DNA from: Thraustochytrium aureum | Lineage: Eukaryota | Assembly: GCA_012862495.1 (NCBI GenBank) | Contig: BLSG01000462.1 | Location: 12,243 to 44,354, forward strand | DNA length: 32,112 bases | Direction of reading: 5' to 3' | Part shown: positions 1 to 9,269 of the stretch, in pieces | Layout of the letters: every line of letters starts with the position of its first letter | How positions within the stretch are numbered: the first letter of the stretch is position 1 | Notes under the pieces: generated by a model | What the model was told of the DNA's origin: nothing | The model's database searches: none | The model's input: only the letters and a program-made list of their open reading frames with translations | Made by a program: the position numbers and the translations under genes

Positions 1-1
1 A

Positions 2-139
2 TACACTCGCAAGCAGCGCTCTGAGGCTGCTGCCGCCAAGCCGGGAGTGGCTGGTGGCATGCCCCAGGGCGGCGGCGCGGTCAACCCGTACGGCGGCTAC
101 AACCAGCAGGCCGCCAACCCGTACTACGGTCGCGCCTAA
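2..139 (+). CDS. 3' end of a gene entering from the left; Gly/Pro/Gln/Tyr-rich tail with two NPY motifs
   Basis: Frame 2 reads YTRKQRSEAAAAKPGVAGGMPQGGGAVNPYGGYNQQAANPYYGRA* with GC3-rich codons; TAA at 137-139. Confidence 0.7.
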   Translation, partial: YTRKQRSEAAAAKPGVAGGMPQGGGAVNPYGGYNQQAANPYYGRA

Positions 140-489
140 TCATCTCCGAGGTTGCGAGCAAAGCGAGTGGGTGGGCGAGCGGAGCGTGTTGGCGGGGGCC
201 TAGACTGTAGCGTCGACTCCTCCAAGCACCTTCACTAATCTGCAATTGTGTTTGCGGCGCGCTGTGCACTAGGTTTGCCCGCCGTCTCACGCAACGCGTC
301 GACCCCCATTCTGGGGCTCGGTTCCTTCCTGCAACATCCAATGCGGGATGTTGCTGGACTCGAGACCCTGTCGTCGAAGGCAAGCGCAACACCCTTGTTT
401 TCTTCCCGTGCGGCGGGCGCCGAGGGCGGCCGCATGGCCCACATGCGCGACCCTGGCCGCGCCACATCTATATATCGATCGATCATCAT

Positions 490-1193
490 CCCACGCAGCT
501 ACGAGCAATTCAATTTGGAACGGGAAAGCCTTATACCTGCCATAAACTGATATCATCTCCTCTTTTAAAGCCTCCCGCACAGAATCCTCGGCCGCGAGCT
601 CCGTGTGGCCCAGCGACGTTCGCGACTCAACCCGCGCTCCCAGCAGGCGCCGCCGAGANNNNNNNNNNNNNNNNNNNNNNNNNNNNNNNNNNNNNNNNNN
701 NNNNNNNNNNNNNNNNNNNNNNNNNNNNNNNNNNNNNNNNNNNNNNNNNNNNNNNNNNNNNNNNNNNNNNNNNNNNNNNNNNNNNNNNNNNNNNNNNNNN
801 NNNNNNNNNNNNNNNNNNNNNNNNNNNNNNNNNNNNNNNNNNNNNNNNNNNNNNNNNNNNNNNNNNNNNNNNNNNNNNNNNNNNNNNNNNNNNNNNNNNN
901 NNNNNNNNNNNNNNNNNNNNNNNNNNNNNNNNNNNNNNNNNNNNNNNNNNNNNNNNNNNNNNNNNNNNNNNNNNNNNNNNNNNNNNNNNNNNNNNNNNNN
1001 NNNNNNNNNNNNNNNNNNNNNNNNNNNNNNNNNNNNNNNNNNNNNNNNNNNNNNNNNNNNNNNNNNNNNNNNNNNNNNNNNNNNNNNNNNNNNNNNNNNN
1101 NNNNNNNNNNNNNNNNNNNNNNNNNNNNNNNNNNNNNNNNNNNNNNNNNNNNNNAGCGCGCCAACACTGAGCGCTCTCGGCGACGGATGACAT
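490..1193 (-). CDS. Possible small gene spanning the first N-gap (partial, unknown product)
   Basis: ATG at 1193 gives MSSVAESAQCWRA before the gap. After the gap, SRRRLLGARVESRTSLGHTELAAEDSVREALKEEMISVYGRYKAFPFQIELL looks protein-like, then UTR-like GATC/TA repeats follow. Both ends are uncertain. Confidence 0.3.
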
Positions 1194-1580
1194 GCCGCTC
1201 GGGAGGTCGATGGATGGATCGACGATGATCCGCGTGCCTGAAGCTGCCTCGATTGTTCCTCGCCCGGGACGGACACCGGTGCGCCAGGCCTTGCAGGACG
1301 CAGAGCCGCAAGCCGGCGGGCGGGCGAGCGGACTGCGGGCGAGCAGGATCCGGCGCGCTGCGGCAAGCTTAGGCGCGCCCGCCGAGCCCGTCAAGCGGCG
1401 TCAAGCGGGTGCCAGGCAGGCAGACTCACGCGCAGCGCAACTGGTCGGGCGGACATTTGCCGGCGGTTTGGCGAAGGCAGTGGCAGCGGACGCTTGTGGT
1501 CGGTCGCCGGCGGTTTGGCTGCGGCTCTGGCAGCGGACGCGCGGAGGACGCGCCGAGGCGCGGAGGAGACGCGGCCAAGA

Positions 1581-4434
1581 ATGGTGCTTCAGCCCGACTT
1601 TTTCTCGGATGGCGCGAACCACCGGCGGCTGTTCGACTTTGAGGTCGACCTGGCGAAAAGCGTGCAGAATGACCCGGACAAGCTGCGCGGGAAGCAGCGC
1701 GAACAGCGGTACCGCACCGTGGTCTGTCGGCACTGGGTGATGGACCTGTGCATGAAGATGGAAGACTGCGAGTACCTCCACGAGCTCAACCCCGCGCGCA
1801 TGCCCGAGTGCCGCTGGGGCGAAAAGTGCCAAGTCCCGGACTGCATTTTCAAGCACACGAAGGAGGAAGACCGTGTCGAGTGCCTCTTCTACAAGCTCGG
1901 GTTTTGCCGCAAGGGCCCCACGTGCCGATTCCGCCACATCCGCCGCGCACCCGAGGAATGCCCCACCGAGGTCGACTGGGACGACATGGACGACACCCGC
2001 GGTATCACCATGGTGACCACCAACGAAGAGGGCGTCGAGCGCCGCGTCACGATCCAGCACGGAGAAAACTACAAGGTGTCCATCTGCAAGCATTGGCAGA
2101 AAACGGGTACGTGCCCGTTCGGCGAGCGCTGTCACTTTGCGCACGGCCAGCACGAACTCCGCTCTCGCGGTGACGAAGAGGCAGAGGCCAAGACTGGGCC
2201 CACGCCGCCGCGCACCATATTGCTGGATATTATTGAGGGGTTCCAAAAGTCTGCCACCAGCGCGCCGCGCAACCCTCTCGCAGACCTTGGCGAGGATCTG
2301 CAGACACCCGACCGGGCCACGCTCGAGAGGGGCGGCGCCCGCCCCGCGTACTTTATTGTGCGGACCCAGGAACAGGACCAAGTCGCCGCTAGTCTCAAGC
2401 ACGGCTGCTGGTCGGTCCTTCCGTGCTTCATGAATGAGCTCAACCGCGCCTTTGCGCAGGCCCCCGAGGTGTTTCTATTTTTCGCTTCCAACAAGTCGAG
2501 CGAGTTTATGGGCTGCGCGCGCATGCGGACCGCTGTGCAGGTGGCCCGCGACGTCCCTTTCGTCAAGCTCCCCGAAGCGGCGAAGGGCTACTCTTTTCTC
2601 ACTGAGGTGGAGTGGGTCTACGCTTGCTCGCTCGAGTTTGAGAAGACCGCTTTTCTCACGACGTGGGAGGACAGCGTCTACATAGAAATCCCCGTCGCGA
2701 TGGCCTTCGAGTGCGCCGAGCTGAGCTCTGCCACGGGCCACGCTCTCATGGTCATGATGTGTCGCCAGCCGCGCTTCGAGGTAGATCCCGCCGCGATCGG
2801 CGACGACGTCTCGCTGGGCGTTCACATGGAAGGGCCCGACCCCGAGCTCGCCCAACCCGTGGATGAACACGTCGACAAGATGACCGTTTTCATCCAGGAA
2901 AACCCGTCCTACCTCCGCGATGCCCGTGGGGCGCCTGCTCGCCAGAACGCGCAGCGCTTGGTGGGCCCAGACGGCGTGCCAGTCATGCCCGGCAGCATCC
3001 AGGTCCCCGACCGCCCGGGCTTTCTCGTCGGGTGCCCCTCGGCGCGCTTCTGCCACGAAATGCTATATCGCGGCATCATCGCTGCCCCAGACGCGCGCCG
3101 TGCGGAAATGTCCCTCATTCAGCGCGGCACCCTAATCGTCCTCAACGATCTGGAGGAGAACAAGGTCCACGGTATATTCGAGGCGCTCGGTCCGGCAGAA
3201 CTCAACCTCGACCCACGGGCCTTCTGCCGCGACGAGCGCGACCTCGACTCGACCTCCGAGCTTCCCGTCCAAGTGCGTGTGAGGCGCATCATGAACGTTC
3301 CGCCTGTCCACGCCAGACAGATTCCGCCGGCGGTTTTGCGCACGGAAGGCGGCGACTACGCCCCTGTTCCACCGCCGCAGATGCAAAACCTCGCCAACTT
3401 GTTCGCGCGCTCCGGCGGAGCTGGCGGTGCAGGGCCCGACAGGTCGCGGGCTGGTCCAGGTGGCCCCCGGGGGGATCGTGCGCAAGGAGGCGGTGGTGGC
3501 GGCGGAGCTGGTGGTGGGGGGGGCAACCACGGGCCAGGTGCTGACTTTGCAGACATTGCCGCCCTGGACCCCGCCAACGTGCCGCCGGGGATCAGCTCGC
3601 ACGACGTCCCGTCGGTTCGCCCGGAGAACGTGACGCGTATTGTGGTAATCAACGTCCCCTTCCGGCCCCAGTTCAAAGCTGCGCACCGAATCATCGGGCG
3701 GGGGGGCTCCAACATGAAACGCATCCAGGAGTGCGGGGTGAGATGCACCGTCAAGCCTCTCGAGCGTCGCGAAGGCGATGCGCACCAGGACATCACTGGC
3801 CCGATGCAGGTGATATTCTACGCCCCGGACCGGGAAAGTGTCGATCGTGCCGAGGCTCTTGTCATCAACATGGCTGAAGATCTCATTCGTAAGCACGACG
3901 ACCTCGCTGGCGGCGGGGGCGGCCGACACGGCCACGGCGGTCCTGGTGGCCGCGGCGGCGGGGGCGGTGGCGGAGGCCGCGGCGGCCCTGGGCGACCGAT
4001 GGACGACCGCAACCGGGAGTTTCGCGACGAGCGCGACCGGTGGGGCGGTCCTCCTCCGGCAAAGCGCCCGAATCGCGGTGGAGACCGCGACGACGTGTCG
4101 GTACAGTCCTCCGACCGCGGCGGGCGACCAAGCTTACCGCGGCGAGACCGTGCCGGGCCTGGCCCGGCGCCTGCTGACAGTCATTCTGTGGCTTCGTCTG
4201 ATCGCGGACCGCGCGATGGCCGCGAAGGCGGGCGCGACCGTGAACGTGGCCGTGGTGGGCGCTCTGACTTTGACCGCGACCGTGGCAGGGATCAGGGACG
4301 TGATCGGGACAGGGAACTATGGCTCGCGAGATCGCGGCGGCGGCGGCGGAGGTGGTGGTGGTGGTGGTGGCCGCAGGTGGCGGCGGGTCACGCTCGCCGA
4401 GTGGCGCAGGTGGGGCGGAAGGCACCGCCGGTAG
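1581..4434 (+). CDS. CPSF30: CPSF30/CPSF4-like protein: 3 CPSF30-type CCCH + 1 TIS11-type CCCH + YTH + DCD + KH + RG/RD-rich tail; 3' end frameshifted near 4313
   Basis: N-terminal FDFE motif; fingers CRHWVMDLCMKMEDCEYLH, CRWGEKCQVPDCIFKH, CLFYKLGFCRKGPTCRFRH and YKVSICKHWQKTGTCPFGERCHFAH. YTH-like YFIVRT...GCWS...LNRAF...VFLFFASNKSSEFMGCARM...VEWV. DCD-like GFLVGC...HGIFEALGPAELNLDPRAF...LPVQVRVR. KH loop RIIGRGGSNMKRI. The tail reads sensibly (RDRGNYGSRDRGGGG) only after a frame change; the true stop is uncertain (TAG 4432-4434 is the best guess). Confidence 0.85.
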
Positions 4435-4632
4435 GCTCTTGTTGTGTAGCAGCGCTGCAGGGCTTTGGCGCGTGTGGCTCGCTCGGATCGGCCATCACCG
4501 CGATTGAGGCTTGCAGGAAAACGTTTTGCTCGAACTACCAATTTCTCTTTTTTTTTCCTTCTTTTGAGGTCAGAGGATGGAGTTACTGGTCGCCTTCCTG
4601 GTTGCTTGTTGTTTGCATTTAGGGGCGCGTTG

Positions 4633-7600
4633 CTACGTTGAGGTTTGCAGTCCCTCGTCCTCCTCGTCGCTGTCCTCGGGCAGCTCTGAAATGCCCGCGC
4701 GCCGCTTCAGCAGCTCAATCTGGCGCTTCAAGACGCGCACCTCCTCGGTCTCCACGTTCTTGACAGACTTGTTCTTGATCCGCTTGACCCGCGTCGCGTA
4801 AACCAGGCTGTTCACAGATTCTGGCACAGAGCTCAGCGCAGGTGACACGTTGACAAACATGAGCGTCTTGGCGTTCCCGCCGAGGCCGTCCGCCATGAGC
4901 TGAGTCAAGATATGGTTTCGGTAGGGCACAAAGGTGCTGCCCTGGGTGAGCGCCGAGATGACATCCCCGAGCGCGGAGAGACTCTTATTGATGGCCACAG
5001 CCTCTTTGAGCCCTTGCCCCGTAACCCCAGACTGGGCGACCTTCTCTGACCCCGCCAAGTCGACAAGGGTGAGTTTGCCCCGCGTCGTCGAGTTGCCGTT
5101 GGCGGCCTCGGACTCTATCAAAACCGAAAACACCAAGTGCGACCTTGAGCTCTCCGCGTTCATGTTGGTGGAAGCGACAATGCGCCGGGACTGCATCGCG
5201 CGCAGCAAGCCCATGAGCACCTCGGGCGACTCTGCTTCCTCCACCGAGACGTTTTCTACAAAAACTGAGCCATTCGCGTCCTTCTTCACAGCAAGCCTCG
5301 CCTGCGCCCCGAGGTCGTCAGACAAGAGGTCGCGCAGCTGGTTGTTGTACAGCTCGACGCCGTAGCAGCTCACACGAAACGCTGCTCCGCGCTCGGCGAG
5401 CTGGTCGAAAAGCGCGCCCACAGAGCGGGGCGCGATCCCGTCCAGCTCGGGCCGCGCCTGGTCCGCGGGGCCAAACATTGTGAAGGACTTGCCGCTGCCC
5501 GTCTGCCCGTACGCAAAATACACACGTTGTATCCGTCCACGGCGGAGGTGATCAGGGGTTCGACTTGCGCAAACACGTCTTGCTGCGTGGACTCGGCGCC
5601 CAAGCAAGAGTCAAAGCGAAACTCCTTCTCCTTGGAGGGAACCACCGCGCAGTCGAGCTGGGGGCCCACGCCGGGGACAACAGCTGCGACGGGCAAGCCG
5701 TTCGGTGACTTTTGCTCCGCTGCCTCCGGCGCGCTGAGCGGCCGAATCCTGCAATAGACGCGGATTGCGCCGAGCAGGTCCATGTGCTTGTTGTGCGTTT
5801 TCCGTCGCAGTGTGCGCTCTGCTTCAAAGTTGAGCCGCAGTCGCTCGTTCTCCGCGGCCTGCTCGCGCAAAGTCGTCTCCAAGTCTTTGACCCTCGAGTT
5901 GAGCTCCACGGCCCCTTGCGCGCGCGCAGCGGCTTCCTCTCGCTCCATCTCGGCCTTCTCAATGCGCTCTTGCACGTTGACTAGCTCATGGTTGGCTTTG
6001 TCGAGCTCTTGTCGGAGTCGCTCCTTTTCCTGCTGCTCTTGGCGCAGCGAATCCTGCAGCGCCTTGTGCTGTTCTTCCGTCAAGCCGCGCGTCTGCACGA
6101 GCAGCTCAAGCTCTTTGCGGAGCGCAGCAACCTGGCTCTGGTCCATGTGCCGCTCTTCTTTCGCGGCGCTTCTGTATTCTCGTAGCGCTTGCATTGTCCG
6201 GATCTGCCGCCGCTGCGACGCCTTTCGAATCCCTTCTCGCCATGCGAGCTCGCGCCATTTGCGGACGCGCTCACGAACCTCTGCTTTGACGTCCTTTAGC
6301 GAGGGACGATGTTGGAGCTGGCTTAAAAGCGAGGAACCGCGTCGGAGCAGCGACCCCGACTTGCTTGGGGCTTCGTCGTTGGAGTTGCGGCGCTCCGACC
6401 CAGACGGCTCCGAAACCAGCCCTGTTGCCTTTCGCGACTCCGACGACCTCTCGTCACCGCTTGACCGGCTATTCGCGCGCGACTCGAGCGATGCAATCCT
6501 CTCGTCCGGCTTGTTGCGCTCAGCTCCGTCGCTTTTTGTTCTTCCAAGTCGTCGTGGGAGACTTGCTCCGCTTTGCGCTCTGCTCCCTGCGCCTTGAGCG
6601 GGCCAATGAGCAAGCTGTCTTGACAACCAGGGCGGCTCGTGCTGCAATCTAGTGCTCCTAGACTTGTCTGGCCAGCTGTGGTGTCGCTGCCACGCTCAGC
6701 CTGGCCATACTCGGGAGCGTGGCTTATCGTGGCTTGCAGCTGGTGGACGACCGACGAGAAATTTGCGGCAACACTCAACGGGCGCTCCATGGTCTGCTCG
6801 TTTGTGACGGAGTTGACGTAAAAGAGACGCCCTGTGCGCCTGTCGCGAAACTCTTCCCAATTCGCATCGGTGTGCAAAAGTGACACGCACTTGGTGTGGC
6901 CGCGCGCGACTGCCAACGCGATTGGCTTGCGCCCCTCTGCGTCTTCCTTGCTCGGGTCCGCCCCGTACATGAGCATCAGCGCCACGACGGTCGAGTCTCC
7001 GGAAGCGGCGGCCAAGTGAAGCGGTGTCGTCCCTCTTGAATCGGGCACCTCGGGGCGGGATCCGGCGCGGAGAAGAGCTTCCGCTACGGTAAATCCAGGG
7101 TCGGTGGCCCAGCCCGAGTTGAGAGGCCGCGCCATGACGCGCAGCGCGCTGTGGAGCGGGGTCCGGCCGCGCGAGTTGACGGCGTTCGCGTCCATTTTGG
7201 CTACCTCGACCAGGTATGCGACAAGCTCAGAGGCCAGGCACGCTGCTGCGAGGTGCAGGAGCGAGTTCCCGTGGCCGTCCACCGGCTCGTCTACGTACTC
7301 CTTGCCCTCGCCCTCTACCAATATTCGCAAGCAAAAGTGGTCGAGGCGCGGGAAGTGGTCGTACCGCGGCCCGCAGTGCGGAAGCAGTTGCAAGATCACT
7401 TCAAGGGGCGATGCGCCGGGCTCGGCCTTGATCTCGAGTTCTTCGAACAGCTCGAAAAGCTCGGGGTCCGGTTCTTGAAAGTCTACTCGCTCCACCCAGC
7501 CCCTACCGTTGAGCTTGAGCGAGGACCTGCGTTTTGGTCTGCGCGCCCCATTCCTTCTGACGCCCTTAATCTCTTCCACGATGCGCTTCTTTTCAGCATC

Positions 7601-7831
7601 ACTCAGCGCGAATCCGTCCTCCAACACCTTGCGCTCCGCAGCCTCTAGCGTCTCATGTCCGGCATGCCTCCCTTTTGTTCGCCGAGCGGCGTCTCTCGCG
7701 CTGGAGCCGTCGGCCGCCCCATCTAGCGACTGGGATGCGCCGAGGCCGCTGTCCCTTTCGTCCTCCTCGCTCTCAACGACGCGCACCACGATATCCTGCT
7801 CGGCATACCCGGTCGACGCCGATAGTCCCAT
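4633..7831 (-). CDS. KCBP-type kinesin-14 (C-terminal motor) with N-terminal ankyrin repeats, WW domain and coiled coil; two frameshifts (~6535, ~5516)
   Basis: Three ORFs join when one base is added to a homopolymer run at each junction. Ankyrins: GNSLLHLAA, GRTPLHSA, GTTPLHLAA, GRKPIALA. WW: NWEEFRDRRTGRLFYVNSVTNEQTMERP. Motor: [67 protein letters not shown]. Post-motor helix plus acidic coil as in KCBP. Confidence 0.85.
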
Positions 7832-8370
7832 GTTCTAGCAGCGCGCGTTTGTGCGTTCCTTGCACAGCCCGCTCTTTGCGACTTGGGAGGCAAAGCCGCC
7901 ACTTTGAGGAGTCCCGACGCGCGGCTAGTCAACCCAAAGCAATTGACCAAGCACGCCTGCGGGTCTACGGCTGCAGGCAAGGACGTGTCTGCGGAGTGTG
8001 GCCGCGTGCAATTGCTCGGCAACCCCGTTCGCGAGCTGGTGCGCGAGGCGGCTCGCGAAAAGCAACCGTTCTCGTGCAGGAAATCGAACGGCGGGCTCCC
8101 ATACGCCTACAATTCAACCGCAAGGTAGAGATCTTGCAAGCGCAAGCGGTCCTGGACGCCCCCAAATGACTACACAGGGCGGGCGAGCGCCTACACGGCG
8201 GGCGAGTGCCTTCCGCAAGTGCGCTCGCCCTCGAGGCGCGCCGTTGGCCTGCAGAAAGCAGCACGGGGCGCTTCCGTGCGCCTGCAAGAAACCGCAGGGT
8301 AGAGTGCCTGCAGGCGCATGCAGTGCTGTGGGTACCTGCCCCGCACGCCTGCAGGCGCCCGTGCCGCTCC

Positions 8371-8398
8371 GCACTCGGCGCACTCGGCGCACTCGGCG
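8371..8398. repeat. 9-bp tandem repeat (GCACTCGGC)x3
   Basis: gcactcggcgcactcggcgcactcggcg read directly. Confidence 0.85.
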
Positions 8399-8649
8399 AC
8401 TGCGAGAACGAAAAAGACCCGTTTCGCTCCCTTGCCATCGAAGCGCATACAACGGAACTTTCGTTATCCGCGGCACATTCCGATACACACGGTACTACCC
8501 GTGGTTTATGTTGAATTTGGTTTCTGATCCGTTATGAACGGTATGATCCGTTAGGAACGGTACTATTCTTCCGTAGTCTTCGGTACTTTCCGATTTGCGC
8601 GGTACTAACCACAACGAGAACAAAGGTGTGCTCGTGCGTTGCTCGTGAG

Positions 8650-8992
8650 TGTTCCTTTCAATGAAGGAACATAACGTGCTCGTGAGTGTTCCTTTTCAAT
8701 GAAGGAACAGAATGTGCTTTATTTTGTTCGTTGAAAGAGGAGGAACATAACGTGCTATCTATTGTTCCTTTTCAATGAAGGAACAGAATGTGCTCTANNN
8801 NNNNNNNNNNNNNNNNNNNNNNNNNNNNNNNNNNNNNNNNNNNNNNNNNNNNNNNNNNNNNNNNNNNNNNNNNNNNNNNNNNNNNNNNNNNNNNNNNNNN
8901 NNNNNNNNNNNNNNNNNNNNNNNNNNNNNNTTGTTCCTTTTCAATGAAGGAACATAACGTGCTCTTTGTTGTTCCTTTTCAATGAAGGAACA
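8650..8992. repeat. 38-bp-period array of a 23-bp palindromic unit TGTTCCTTTTCAATGAAGGAACA with 15-bp semi-variable linkers, interrupted by an N-gap
   Basis: Units start at 8650, 8687, 8725 (variant), 8763, 8932 and 8970. Linkers alternate TAACGTGCT+6 nt and GAATGTGCT+6 nt. Confidence 0.9.
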
Positions 8993-9269
8993 GAAATGGT
9001 CGAGGTGAGGCGCTGGCGGCGGGGTGTTGCGCGGCGCTGCTCGTCAGTATCGACACCGCATTGGCTGCTTCACGGCCGCGGCTATTCTTCTCGCGGGCGC
9101 GGCGGCTTGCTTTGTTTCGATGGGCCTGTGATGGACGAGGCTTCGGACGGCCGCGGCTCCGTCCGGCTCGCCGAGGTCAGCGCGAGAGGAGACCGCGGCG
9201 CAGGGGCCAAGGGGGCACGGCTCGTCGGTCAGGGCTCAGCTTGGAAAGGATGCGAGCCAAGTTTACGGT

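Noticed and set aside
4315..4622. RRRRRRWWWWWW C-terminus of the 1042-aa ORF
   Set aside because: Out-of-frame reading of a GGC/GGT poly-Gly tract after a frameshift.
8240..8360. Repeated GCCTGCAG(GC) palindromes upstream of the kinesin
   Set aside because: Short and GC-rich with irregular spacing; compatible with background composition.
8650..8992. CRISPR array (palindromic GTT...AAC repeats with spacers)
   Set aside because: Linkers are only 15 nt and share 9 conserved bases, no cas genes are present, and the context is eukaryotic. Kept as an unusual repeat instead.
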